NCBI GenBank assembly: GCA_965637545.1
Contig: OZ281500.1
Location: 2,914,001 to 2,978,000, forward strand
Source: Phallusia mammillata
Taxonomy: Eukaryota
DNA: 64,000 nucleotides
Direction of reading: 5' to 3'
The translations under genes and the position numbers were made by a program. The notes beneath the pieces were generated by a model, which saw only the letters and a list, made by a program, of their open reading frames with translations, was not told the DNA's origin and did not search any database. Below, one piece after another: positions 11,801 through 25,900 of the stretch. Numbering within the stretch: the first letter of the stretch is position 1; each line of letters begins with the position of its first letter.

Positions 11801-14800
11801 CCAGCAGATATTGCCTCCCGTGGTTTGATGCCTGACAAAGTAAAACGAGCTGCAATGTGGTTTAAAGGACCAGCCTTTTTGCATGAAGATGAGGAGCACT
11901 GGCCTTCCAGACCTGCTTCTTTGCCTGCTCTGAGTGATGATGACCCTGAATTAAGGAAAAGTCCAAAGATTTTTGCTTCTATTGTGGCAAAGGACACCAA
12001 TCCAATGCAATCACTTTTTGACTACTTCTCCCAGTGGAACAAGCTTCAAACTAGTGTAGCTTGGTTTTGTCGATTTAAGCAGTACTTGCACTGGAAACAT
12101 ACTGGGCAATCCAAGCCAGTCTCTGGCAATCTAGTGCCAAAAGAATTACGCAAAGCAACCACAGACATTATCAAGTTTGTACAGTATCAGGAGTATGGAT
12201 CTGAGTTCAACAAAGTTAATGATTTGCAATCAAAGGCTCAAATGAGGAACCTAAACAAGTTGAAAAATATTCACAAGCTTAATCCTGTCATGATCGATGG
12301 AGTTTTATGTGTCGGTGGGCGCCTGCAATTGTCTAATTTGTCAAATGATGCTAAACATCCAATTCTGCTACCATATACATCACATGTAACTCACCTAATC
12401 ATTGATGCCTTCCATAAAAGGAGTGGACACAGTGGAACACTTCACGTACTTGCAAGAATTAGAGAGCATTTCTGGATTGTAAAGGGACATTCAGCTGTTC
12501 GCCAGGTGCTAAGAAGATGCACAAAGTGTGGGCAATACAATGCAAAGATTGGTGTTCAGATAATGGCACCTCTGCCCTCATCAAGGTTAACTCCTGGGCA
12601 TCCACCATTTTACCACACTGGTCTAGATTATATGGGCCCAATTCTGGTTAAAGTTGGCGGCAGCCAAGCCAAAAGATATGGCTGTATCTTCACATGCATG
12701 GCTACTCGAGCAGTGCATATCGAGATAGCCTACTCATTGGATACTTCCTCCTTCTTACAGGTTTTTCGCAGATTTGTCAATCGACGAGGATATCCCCAAC
12801 ACCTGTACAGCGATAATGGTTCCAACTTTGTGGGTGCTGAGCGAGAGCTACAAAGTGCACTGAACCAATGGAACCAGTTGCAGATCCACAACCACTGCTG
12901 TCAGCATGGAACAGAGTGGCACTTCAACCCACCTGCCTCTAGTCACCAAGGAGGAGTGTGGGAGAGAATCATTCGATCGGTTCGCAAGATTCTAAGAGGT
13001 CTAGCAGGGGAAAGGACTTTGAGTGATGAGTCACTCCATACATTTATGGTGGAAGTTGAGAGAATCCTCAATGACCGTCCACTCACTTCCTTGAGTGATG
13101 ATCCAATAGATTTGGATGCCCTGTCACCAAACTCTTTACTGATTAGAAGACTACAACCTGGTCTTCCACCTGGACATTTTGTGAAAGCAGATGGTTATCG
13201 GAAATCCTGGAAACATGTCCAGTTTCTGGCAGATGCTTTCTGGAAGAGATGGTTGAAGGAATACCTGCCTCTATTGCAGCTCAGACAAAAATGGCTGCAA
13301 CCACAACGCAACTTCAAGAAGGGTGATCTCGTGCTGATGGTCGATGAGAACAATCCACGTGGAGCCTGGCCAAAGGCGCTGATTGAGGAGACATTTCCGG
13401 ATGGCGAAGGAGTTGTTCGAAGAGTTCGAATTCGCACAGCGAATTCTTCCTACCTGAGGGACATTCGTAAAATATGCTTGCTGGAGGAAGCTGCCTGATA
13501 GCAGCTTTGATATGTGAATGTCTGTTGCATCTTGACCCTATTATGTTGTAAATAATTTCATTTGTTCAATTATTGGGGCCGGTATGTTGTGGTCAAGATG
13601 CATTGAAGTGTGTCAATATCGATTTCTATTAGTTGTGGCGTGGTGATTGTCGTGTCTCGTGTCGTTTACCGTACGTTTTACACGAGGCACCGTACAGTTA
13701 TTGCGTAATTCCTTTTCGTGTCAGTTTTTGCAGTGCATAGGACTGTTAATTAGCATTGTATAAGGTTTATTATTGTAAAGGTAGTTGTGTGTAAGGTAAC
13801 TACAGTGGATTAGAGTGTACTAGTTGATGTATGGATAATTTAAATGTGTGTGATAATCTGACCATGCTAGTCGTATATACCTTTTATCTTTTTCTCGTGT
13901 TAGTAGCTTAACTAAATTCTCTATTTTGTATTTCTATTTGAATAAGACACTAAGCAATGTAAATCTGTGTGGGAGCTGCTAACGCAGAAATCTGTTCTGT
14001 TGTGACTGTCTCCATTGATTCTGATCTGTCTTGTTTGTCCTGACTATCTGCTGTGTCTTAGACTGTACTAATCTGTACTGTTATGAACTGTCCAGTTTTG
14101 TTGTACTGTGGTACTCGGTATTGGAATACAGCCTTCGTTTTATTGCTGCAACATATCAGTGTGACAGACAGCATTTGGCGGTGCAAGTAACCCACACAGT
14201 GGCCAGTTAGAAAGCTAGCTGGGACGTGGAATCCGAACCAAAGAGTTTTGTATTCTACATTATGCAGCTACATAATTTAATTTTTTTTTTAATTTAAATT
14301 TAACTTTTTCTTAAATTACCATCCAGGTAAAGAAATATACATTAAGACACGAACCGAAAGAGTTTAATAAACCTATAAACTCGTATAACACAGGGAATCA
14401 ACAATTGCGCTCAAGCTGACTCGTAAAACACAATAGCGTTGGTGAAACGGTCTTTATTAAAACAGCCTTGTTATTTCAACTCCGTTACGGTGTATTGGCT
14501 TCTGATGAATGTGGGTTCACATTTTACCGTCCTAAATTTTCTGAGCAAAAACAACACGAGCCATTACGTTGGAGGAAAACACTACAGCATTTTCATCTCA
14601 GTTTCTGTCCCGTTCCATTCCAGCGAATAACGCCAACAGCAGCGATGTAATTTCCGTCCTTATTCAAGCGCCCACCTGTATAACGCAGTGTTATACACAT
14701 GCCGATAAAGGTGTGCTGTGTTACAACAGAAGGGCAACTGCAGCGGCTGTCACCATTAAACTAAACAGTTGTATTTAATTAAAAGAGTGCATAAATCACA

Positions 14801-16194
14801 AGATTTTTTAAAATTGTGCGTAAAATCACAAGATTTTTTAAATTTTCGATATTGTTGCCTATATTTATAGGTCTCCTTTCTTGAAGGGGACACATATTGT
14901 TTTTGTCCGTATTTTGTTGTTGTTTTTTTCTACTTTTTTTCTGTCTAACGCTACCTCGGGGCGGGATTAGAATTTCGTTTTCCCTTGCCGGTATTTCGTG
15001 TCTTTCCCTTTTTCGCGATCTTTTGGGGGATATAAGCTCGTTTAAGGACTGTGTGTCATTGAAAACCGTTTGAAAAGGTCATTAAACGGTCGTTCGGCGA
15101 CTGCACGGCGATAGGCCACTGAAGAACAATAGTAAATCGATAAACAGTATATAGGACAATATATAGGAAAGCCGCCTTACTAGTTCAGCTTGAGGCCTCC
15201 GCCATTTTTTCAAGACGTTGTTGAGGTAAAGTGAGCTCAAAAAAAGCAGTGTTACAATGCTTTTTGCAGATATAATCTTTCCTTTTTCTCATGTCCAATG
15301 GTACGTTCACTTCGAAAAGCCATGGCGCATAGGCTTGAAGAAAATAACTCTTTTTCTAACATGTAACTTTTTTCACAGCTGGGGTCACAATTCAGTTATC
15401 GTTCCATGGGCTTTATGGCGAGTTTTTCCAGACAAGGTTCATGTTGTGAAGGAATTAATATGCCGTCCGAATTGGCAGGAATTACCTTACATTTATCATG
15501 ACCTATACGATTGGCACAACAACTACATTATGCACCTATACTCTCGGTGAGCAGCTGTTTGAGTTGTTTAGCGTGACGAGCATTGGTATCAGCCGTGATT
15601 TTCAAATTGCGTGTGCCAAGAATTATTTTGCACAACGAAATTCATCTTTTGTGCACGACATCTGATTGTAGCCTTGTTTTTTTACGACTACTCTCACTTT
15701 ATGTTTAACGAATGCGGGTGTACGTTGCAATGCTTGCACTTTGTAATGTTGCCACTAAACACAGTTTCACCGATGATATATTTAGATTATTGCATTATAC
15801 TCATTGCGTTTTGGGCCCGTAAATTGTGGCGAAAAATAGAGATTGGTATGAGTGCGACTGGCTTTAAAAGTTTGACAACCATCGTATTACATCAATTTTT
15901 TTTATTGCTTAACATTTGGAACAACGCACTTGTTCAACTAAACACCGCTCAAGCATTTAGAATTCTTCCTAAACGTTCATTAGAACACTGAACCTATCTA
16001 CACACTATTTTAGGTTTGTAAAGAAGATGGACGGGACAGAGGAACACACGGTTAAGGAACTAGCTATCTTGAACACCACATATGGTCAGGTTGCACGACA
16101 TATACTGTGGGGTGATGAAAAACCACGTGATATTAAAGATTGGCTTGTCACTTGCAATCAAACGCAAGGACTGCCTGAAATTAAAAATAACTAA
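5899..16194 (+). CDS. GT32/DxD alpha-1,4-glycosyltransferase-like gene, paralogue 1 (last four exons)
   Basis: Exons 5899-6049, 6740-6821, 15379-15546 and 16014-16194 have AG/GT boundaries and compatible phases. They encode [25 protein letters not shown] (GT32 DxD motif) ... GLPEIKNN*. The first three exons lie upstream of the window. Confidence 0.88.
6991..7665 (+). repeat. 5' LTR of BEL #2 (contains a spliced-leader match at 7338-7352)
   Basis: TG...CA termini; direct repeat of 13585-14259. Confidence 0.95.
7684..13498 (+). pseudogene. BEL #2 gag-pol polyprotein, broken into three ORFs
   Basis: Coiled-coil/Pro-rich Gag N-terminus, CCHC knuckles, protease FLDEGS, RT FYVDD, integrase zinc finger and GLDYMGP core. 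Confidence 0.92.
13585..14259 (+). repeat. 3' LTR of BEL #2 (spliced-leader match at 13932-13946)
   Basis: Direct repeat of 6991-7665. Confidence 0.95.
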
Positions 16195-19100
16195 AGAACT
16201 TAAACTTGAAAGTTAGCGTTTATACCTTGCATTTTGTTTGTTACTCTTAGAATACACACATCAATCAATTTTTTTAGCTTACGGTACAATTGCCAGTTGA
16301 GCAAAACAGTTTGGCTTTTGGAGTTATAAGACAAGAAAACACAATTACCATAGATGAGTTGTTTTGTCAACTTTCGGTTTAAAACTCTTTGCAAAATATT
16401 TGCTTTCAAAAAACAAACAGATAAAGGCCTTTTTAACTATTTGACAGATGGTATTTTCCACTTGTTTTTTTAATGCATTTATGATTTCCGAGTTCCTGCT
16501 TTTGGGTGAGGTACTACTTGCAAACAAAAAGAGGAATTAAACTTTAAAAGGAAGTTTTGATATAATCTCACATTTAAGTATTGCTCATTTTAGAAAATCG
16601 CGTGCTCGTTGGTAGTAAGTACACTTGTTTGTTTTTTTCTAGAAGTTTTTTTTTCAATCAACATTTTCTCTTGTCTGTCGTTGTGGTCAATTCTGTCGTA
16701 AGCAGAGAAACAAGTACATTGGTTCTTGAGGTGGAACAACTAACGTAAGAACTCACAGTAGATCAGGTTTGCTAAATACCGATAGAGGGCGTAAAGAGCG
16801 CAGTTATTTAAAATAACAGTAAGACTGGGATGGAGCTAAATTTAAAGAACTATTTTTTAAGATTGATTTAATTGTTATTATTATCATGAAACCTCACACC
16901 AACCCTATTAGCCCTAACCGTTAGCATTTGAAATATTTGATTGCTCTACCTTCCGGAAATTAGCAAACCTTGCTACTGTGAGTTCTTTCGTCAGTAGCTC
17001 CACCTCAAGAACCAATGTAATTGTTTCTCTGCCTGACTAACAACACACCCTAGTTTGTTGTGTATGAACTTGGCTGTCTATGTTTGAGAGTCCACATTAT
17101 TAAAAACTATTTTTCTTCTGTGGCGCATTCTGTTCATTTTTTTACCCACTGTCTATTTTTCCAACTGATATTTAGCACTGTATTAAGCTTCTATGCTAAA
17201 TGAATGTTTGTGTTGTTGTGTGAATATATTTTCATTAGCATCGGTGTCTGCTGTATTGTATCGACTTTATATAATTTGCGCTAAACCTGACAAAGCTGAA
17301 AACTGTGGCAAAGGTCTATGCTGAAGGTAGGTAAAAACGCCCAGTTGAAGCGATAATCACAACCTTTTCATGGTTTGACTTCTGCTGACTAAAACATGCA
17401 AATGCTGGAATAATTGTCTATTTTTTTGATGTTATGTCGTTTCAATGCTTTTAAATTCTCAAAGTTTTTTTTTTTAAATGGCGTTTATATTCTATCAACA
17501 GCGTTCATAGCAAGAAATTGGTCAAATTGGCGCTATTACGTCTGACCAGAAGGTTCGTTTACTGCAAATGCAGTATTATCACTCTCTTTAATTTCGCCTA
17601 CTTTTATTTACGTGTTTTATCGTGTTTTGCTGATGCTTGGGCATTTTGTTCAACTGTTTGGACATGTGTTTGCACAGATCTGAAATATGGGTCCCTATCC
17701 TGCCCAAACCCGAATAAAAAAGTTAGATTTACCAAACTAAACTGAATTACTGATTTTATTGAAACTGATTTACCAAAAAATGTAACAAAGTGTAAGGTCA
17801 GGCCTAAGTGCGTGCCTTCTTGATAAAAATATTACAGGACAGACATACAAGGTGAAATAGCCTTACTCGGTCCAGAATTATGTGCTGGTAAATTCATATG
17901 TTAATTATAATTAAACGCTCCATAGACTTAAACACACAGACCAGTAAAAACACCAAAGGTCCGGACACGTATGTAAGTAATGTACATGAAACTGGTGTTC
18001 GCCTGTTTAGGTTAGAGGTCATGGGGAAATCGTGGTCTTGAATTGGTCACTAAACATAAATTTGCTTCTCGCGAGAGTATTGACACAACGACTTTTACGT
18101 CATTTCATGACATTACACGGTATATCTGCCAAAGAAACGTTTGAATTATGTAGCAAGAATTTGGTCACACAAATAGCCAAAAACGTCATAAACGCTTAGA
18201 ACTCTCACCCCTTTTATATAGGTTATGCAGATAAAGCACATTTGTCCAATCAGCATCTCTAGGTGAATATTCTCGGTAGAGCTATTAACACTATACCTCT
18301 CGTAACATCCACTGTCACAAGGGCGTAAAGAGCTGATTTTTTTGGCTAACGGCTAGAGGGGTTGGATTGGGAAATGAGTTTTTCATTTTTTTACATTAGT
18401 AACTAAATTATTGTGGTAGTTTTATTGAATTTTAAATGCTAATACCTTACCCCCACCCTAATAGCCCTAACCGTGAGCATTTTTGAAGAAATAACGTTTT
18501 AAATGTAAAAAATGCTCTTTGTGCCACCTGTCAGAAATTAGGCACTTTTGGATGTCAGTTGCTTTACGGTGTTAGTACATCCACCAATATTCTCTTGTTT
18601 ATTTCGTAATGGAAAACTTGTATAGCGCCACGTAGGTCGACAATCCCGCATTTGGTTTGCACGCAATGTTTTGTGCTTCGCTGGAAATGCAAATTCAACA
18701 CCAATATCAGTGTCAACTTGGCACTGCCAAGTCAAGTGTGACTGGCCTTCTTCTTTCGAGTAAATTTAGTTTAGACTGTATTTCGCGTTTACGTTGTAGA
18801 TCGCTGTATTTCATGTTTTATGCCTACGTTCAATTCTTTAACTAGTCTTTTGCTAAAAAAATTTCTGATTATATAAAATGCAGTGGCGTGGTACTTTACG
18901 TCAAGATAGGCAATTCTTATGGCTATCGTGTGAAATAAATGTGACTCAATTACTAGCTGATATTCGTAAGACAGGATCTATAAAGGCAGCATAAGGCGCG
19001 ACAATGACATACAAAATACAGTTTATTACGTCATAGATACAATTGTGTGCAAACAATCGCCATTTTGTTATTAGCGTAGTGGATTAAAGGACCATTTTGT

Positions 19101-19911
19101 CGTCACAAAGTTGCACAATCTGAGCTTTAAAGAATTTGGAAATACTTTAGGCTCCTCGGAGAACGTTAATTGTCGCTATATAACAACGGTCAAGAAATTA
19201 ACTCACAATTTGACGTATGTGGCCGCAATCAAAAGACCGTCGAGGTCCACATCCAACGCCCAAAACGTCAGCATATGGACCGCAGTCCGCCATTTAAGTA
19301 GCCCTTCTCTAGAATTTCAATGTCTGTGCGTTTTATTTGACTCTGTGTCGCTTAATTGCTTCTGGTTTGACGCTGGAAAAGCTACAGTATTTGTTACAGT
19401 ATTGTTTGCATGAATTTTCTAAATCACCTTTAGTTACATTTACCAAGCAAAAACAAATCAACAGAAACAAGGGTTTGGGCCTGCTTTAGGTACAAGCTTT
19501 TTTAAATAGCTCTCTGTTATACCAATTGCGGCACGAACCGCAAAACGCATTGAAATGTGAAATGAATATTGTTCGATTCTGAAAATAGGTGTGCAGTTCA
19601 AACAGACCTTTTTTCGTTTGCGTCGATCAAGACACTTAAAAGTTGTTGGTATTGATAAGTAAGACTTTCATTGCTTTTGTTTGCAAGCTTTTGTAAAACG
19701 TTCTTTTCCAGTATTTACACAAATATTTTTCTTCATCATTAATTTATTTTTTGTCAAGGTTTTAAGAGAAACTTGAAAAGTTTTTGAATCTGTTTTTTGT
19801 ACCGCACCTTTTACATATTGAAGTTATATTACTTTGTAGTGCTACAATGGAAATACAACTTTCAGCAAACAACTAATCTTCGTAAAACAAGCAATCTATT
19901 TGACCTGAGAC

Positions 19912-22900
19912 ATGATTTTCAAACACAAGCTGTTTGCCTTGCTGACAATAGCAATGGTAACTTGGATCATATATTTGAACTGGAGTAATGTTTTGAACGT
20001 TACTTTAAAGGAAGAAAAAACAATAGCATTAAACCAACATACAATTTCCAAAGCGGTGCTTTCGGCTTCCCAGCGATCTTTCGACATTTCGTCGCAAAAA
20101 AATGTCATAATTGATAATTTGAATGCGTTGCTGACTAAGCAATGTAACGGAATTTCGGTAGACCCTAGCAACATCTCAGTACTAATCAGTAACAATGGTC
20201 CATCGCTGTCGTTTGAGGAATATAAACTATGGCAAGCTAACGACTTCATCAAACGACATGCAAATCCTGGCAAAAAGAAACCGACACCTCCGAAACTTCG
20301 GAAATATACGGTACTATATGTTTGAATAGTAACGATTTTTTAAAACAGAAAGCCTTTACCCCATAAACCCTTCCCGTTTAGCCCCAAACAAGAATATATA
20401 GTCTCTTGTTGGCCTTAGGCAGTGGTGGGATTCAGCCACTCCTCACCGGTTCTATAGAACCGCCACACGAAATTTTATGAGATCAGCGAACCGGTTAGCA
20501 CTACTGGTTACTGGCAATGGACTTTCTGTAACAGAACCGGCTGAAAAATAAGACTTGTGTACTAGAACCCGTTGACAAAAAAAATTTAATTCCACCGCTG
20601 GCCTTATAGGTATGTCTCATTTGTCAAAAACTAGACTTGACACAAGATTATGAAACCAGCCTTTCGAATTTAGCAATTTCCTTCAGACGTTTTTGTCGAT
20701 AAGCTAATCTTAGTTTATCAAATCATGGTTATTTTGCTGGACATTGACACGCCAAGTATGGAGATTTACTTGAAATCGGTTATTGATTGTAACTAACAAT
20801 GGCTTTTTGTGTTAGGACGCCGAACGACCAAATCCGAAAACTTTGCTGAAAAACTGGGATGAACAGATCAATATTGAAGAGATTGAGTTAAATGTGGAAA
20901 GCGAGAGGACGGCAAGACTAAAGCAAGGCGACGATGACATATTACAGGTATCGGCTTGTGTAAAAAAGCATAGAGCCAATAAATGATAAACTGCAGACTG
21001 GGTTGTATCCTGATGCTCCCAACAAACTGGAGTGCCGTTGAATGGCTACACTAGCCTATGCGGCCGATCTCTCGTCACCAGCTGCACTGATGAGACCTTA
21101 TAGGTCAAAACAGTGTGCACTGTCTGCAGCTTATCATTTATTGGCTCTATGCTTTTACAGCGTTTAAACTGTTTTAGTAAACGGATTATTTAAGCTGTGA
21201 AATTCGTATTTCTGAAGGTTCGGTTGGCGATGTTTATAGTTAAATATATTTGTCAAGACGAAACAAGAATACTTTTGAGTGCAGCTATAGTTTATTGCAT
21301 GGACATATAACGTTTGTTTCATCACATAACGTTTTTGTAGGTTATTTAAAATTCGAATTCAACCATAGCCGGATTTATGCCCGACAGACCATAACCGCAT
21401 AATGAACACACCCTCTATGTGTGTACTGTAGAAGTCCCATTAGGTCGTTCACGGATTTTGCTCGACAATGGTGCTCCAACCTCTATATTTCATTTCCCAG
21501 TCAGAAATTTCTGTCCGGGCCAAGCATAATTATGTTAGGTAACGCTTGACAGCCACACATAGGGGCACCTGGGTGCCTTGCTTAAGTTGGAATATATATG
21601 TGACGTATGTTCAACAATGGAACATCCGAGCTCTAAGTTCCCTTCAAGTTGCTGGATGTTTAGTACACTGTACAATTTTTGGGTGGCTTCATTAACCTAC
21701 GTTTTTTTATTAAGACTTAAATTAAACAATATAGTCGTCGTAAACTCGTACACCTACTTGATTAAAACTTTCCCGCCACCAAGCAACACGTGTTCGCTCT
21801 TTGGGCAAATTCATATCGTTTAAGATTAGTAATAACCAATCACGACAGAGAATAGAGTTCATGGGTCAAATGATTGCGCAAGTGTTGCGCAAATCGGCTT
21901 TAACTACGTTTAATTGACATGATTCGAGATATGTGTAATATCTATATGTTACCGACTTTTTGAGTTGTCAAAGATTAGGCGGTATGGAACTGTTACGTCA
22001 ACTTTAGGCTCGCTAAATGTACAAAAAGATAATGATCATACATTAAATGCATTAGGCTACATTTACTTTTAAATGTTCAGCAAATTAAAGTCGTCGTAGG
22101 GGCTGCTTCAAAACTATCGCGTGAAAACGGTGTCAATAATAACCAGTATTTCATACCAGAACGAAATATTGCACTCGGAATATTGCACTCATTGTTGGTA
22201 GCCATGTAATAGAGGTGAATTTTAAAGTTCCTGATATTATTCGCATTGTTTTGTTCAGTTAAATGTCCAATTTTTTAGAGTGAGTACTACGCTCCCATGT
22301 TGGAGCACAGTATTCTGCTGCGCTGTAACACAAAGTCAAGGCATATGTTCTCAGGACTCACTGACTGGCTCCCCATCTAGTGGCTGCTAGTTTGTTGATC
22401 AGTGAGTTTCTAGTTTTTATCTTGTTTGATAGTTTCTTCAGATGATCTCTATAATTTAGAGTTCTGTCTAATGTTATTCCAAGATACTTCGGATTGGGGT
22501 CCGTGGGCAGTTGCTTTCCATCAATGGTAATATTGAGCTGTTGGTTTGGACGGTGATTGTTCAGGTGGGAAAGAGTTGTCACTGTTTTAGTGGTGTTCAT
22601 TTGTAGGTACCATGTTGTGAAGTAATCCCGGAGAGTGGTAAGTTCTGCTGTGAGTTGGTTTTGAATCGTTGTTAGATTATTTGCTTGATAAGTACGTGCC
22701 CAGACATCTTTATAGCCGAATTTAAGACATTTGGTTTTTGGCATGTCGCTAATGTATACGTTGAATAGTGTAGGGGCCAGTACGGAGCCCTGAGGTACCC
22801 CATTTTTTATTTTGAAAGTTTTGCTGGTATCGGAACCTACACATGCATAAAAGCGGCGAGTACCTTTCATTTTAGAGAGATTCGCAGCGTGGTTCTGCAT

Positions 22901-25900
22901 TTAATATTTTTGCTAGTTTCAGCAGAAGACCATCATGCCATACTGTATCATAGGCAGCTGATAAATCTACAAATATGGCTCCAGTTGTAGTTTTTAGTTC
23001 ATAACCCGTTTAATGTGTGATGTTAAAGCCAGGACTTGTTCACTGGTACAACGTTGTTTTCTGAACCCAGATTGTTCAGGAGGTAGGAATGGTTTGATTA
23101 TTGGGGTAATTCTGGCAAGGGGATGATTCTTTCCAATACTTTGTAGGTGCAGCATAGAAGAGAAATTGGCCTGTAGCTGCTTGGTTTGGTTGGATCGTTT
23201 GTTGGTTTCAGGATTGCTATCACTTTAGTTGTTTTCCAATCTTTGGGGAGTTTTCCGGATGGAATAATGTCTGTCAGTGCGTTCCTGAGCCATTAAAAGC
23301 TTTAGTAGCTCTTTTATTTCTGACATTAGTGTGTGTGATGACAGGTTAGAATCGTCGGTGTATGTGTGGTATAACTTAGTTGATGGTATTCTTTCCTTAC
23401 ATATCTTTCGAAAGTGTGGTTTGGTCGATACTGTTCTCGTTGTTTGATTTCCTTTGCGATTTTGTTTGCACTGATCGGAGCTGCAGTTTTGGGCATTGAT
23501 GTTGAATTCGGGTCCAGTTCATGTAAAAGTGTCCATGCTTTACGACTTGAATGCTTGAAGTCAAGATTTTCAACTATGTTCATCCATCTCCTATCTTTAT
23601 TAAGCGATGATAATAGTAGGTCTGCTGTGTTATTGTCTTGTTTTTAATCCAACTGTAATTATTATAGGCCGGTGTTGGCTGTGTGGGAAGGTGGGCAGCA
23701 TTTCTGTAGTTGCTGGCAATGCATTAAGTTCATCGTTTTTGGAAACGAGACATCGAACTTTTGAGTAATCTTTGTTCCATCTTGAGGAATGAAAGGTACC
23801 CTGGGTTTTGCTGGGGTCTTATAGTAGATGAAGATTTGTGTCATTTATCCATTGTCCTAATTGTTCGCCTGCTTTGTCATTTTCATTATACTACCATTCG
23901 GTGTTGTGGCTGTTAAAGTCCCTAATGTAAATAGTGGGCTGAGGAAAGGGTGGAAGAGGAGGATTCGGCCATTGTTTGTTTGGTGGTTTGTACAAGTTAA
24001 CAACAGTTAGTTCATTGATTTTTACTGTCGATCTGTGAATGTTGTTGCATGTTATAACTTAGTCCAATTTTGTTGCTGTAGAAGGGTTTTTGGCATAGGT
24101 GCAGATCTCGCATTTGTCATGGCAGATTTTAGATATGATAGTGTACCCTGGTATTCGGGTCTTTGATTCCGGTGATGTTGCTGTAGCGTTGGTTTCTTGG
24201 AGTAGAGCGATGTCGACTTTATGTTGCTCGAGGATTTTCTCAAGATATTCGCATTTGGACATTTAACTTCCTTCGATGTTAAGTGATAGGATCTTTGTCT
24301 GGTTGCAGAGTTCCATGGAGCCTAACTTATTTTTCAAACCTGCTGGGCTCTGTAGGTTGTCAGCAGGAACGCGAACGTTTTTATTCTGGGCCACGTTCGA
24401 TCCAGCATTTTGTTTCTTTTCTTTGTGACGCATCATAGTAAGTAAGGTGATTATTCAGAGACGTGTACCCAGGATGACGCATTGTTGTTTGGGTACCTGG
24501 TTGGACTCGATCTTAGTGATTGTAAGCCCCTACACCAACGACAAGGTGTCGAGTCCCATAGTAAGGGACTGTTATGGTAAACGTATTTTACGTATTTTAT
24601 CTTATTTATAAAATATTGTTATGGTAAACGTATTTTATAAATAAAAACAATATGTCCGAAAACGTTTGACAAAGCATGTCGTTCATTTAATAATGTAGAC
24701 TATTCTAATACTTGGTACTTAAAAAAACACTCTTGTAAATAATTTCCCCAAAACTGTTCGTTTAAACGTTATGTTATGAACCATGTAATATTGTTGTAGT
24801 CATTTTGCCCTTGTCGTGTTTACAGATAGCTGAAGTTCAACAGGAGATTTCAAATTTGTCCTACAAAGTTCCAAATCTCATTCATTACATCTGGTTTGGC
24901 TGCAACCGAATGCGTGTTGACCATTATATAACGTAAGAAAGACCTGAGTATTAAATCTTTAATTCATTTTTTTTGGTATTGCCATTAGTAAGGGTCGATA
25001 CTAAATTAATATGACTCTTATCTGACAGAAAATCTAACCTAGTACGTATAAAGCTCAGCTAACTTTTTTGCCCTGCTTCATATACTTTAAGGGCAGTCGT
25101 TATTTTGTGACTCGGGCTTGATATTTAGCCTACGTTTCAGAGTTGTAAGTTAAATTCGGAACTGTAGCGGTCACATGCAATAGCGTAGAACGTAGGGCAA
25201 ACGGATGCATATGCCACATTTTCCCACACTATATGACGCGCGCTCTAAAAAATAAATAAGAAGCAGGGCCTGCGTTAGTTTAGAAAAGACTAAGCTGTTT
25301 AATTTAACTTAAAGCTTCAGAATTAGAAATTTTAACAGTGACTAGAATATGATAATTTCTGTTTAATTTAAGGCTTCTGAATTCGAAAATTTAACAGTGA
25401 TTAGAAAGTGATACCGTCTTTTTAATTTAATTTAAGGCTTCTGAATTCGAAAATTTAACAGTGATTAGAAAGTGATACAGTCTTTTTAATTTAATTTAAC
25501 GCCTCTAGAATTAGAAATATCAACAGCAGATAGGAAATTATAAAGTTGTAGTTTAACTTGAAGTTTCCGAATTAGAAATGTTAACAGCAGCTAGGAAATT
25601 CTAAAGTTGTAATTTAATTTGAAGTTTCTGAATTAGAAATATCAACAGCAGATTGGAAATTGTAAAGTTGTAATTTAACTTGAAACCCCTCTGGATTTAG
25701 AAATTCTAACGGCAACTTGGAAAATTATAAAGTTTTAATTTAACCCGAAGCCTTTGGGCTTAGAAATTTTAACAGCGACTAGGAAAATTATAAAGTTCTA
25801 ATTTAACTCGAAAGCGCCTGGATTTTGCGACCAGCGACCCATAAGGTCTAATTAAAACAAATTAGATCATCTGTTAATTAAACATTGATAAACTAGTGCC

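Larger units (their letters stand above)
6991..14259 (+). mobile_element. BEL/Pao LTR retrotransposon #2, full length, LTRs ~99% identical, pol disrupted
   Basis: 675-bp LTRs at 6991-7665 and 13585-14259 (I counted ~6 differences). Flanks ATATG/TTATG; PPT-like ggggccgg before 13585. Gag-PR 7684-10164, frameshift, RT 10190-11620, in-frame TAATAATAA, then RNase H/IN 11633-13498. Confidence 0.95.

Noticed and set aside
14439-19413. Numerous 60-130 aa ORFs from the track (also shadow ORFs antisense to TE genes and in 56000-59500)
   Set aside because: Many have non-ATG starts, show no motifs, and overlap repeats, introns or the opposite strand of real ORFs.
19912-20325. Independent 137-aa membrane protein
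   Set aside because: It is exon 1 of GT32 paralogue 2 read through its donor site at 20310/20311.
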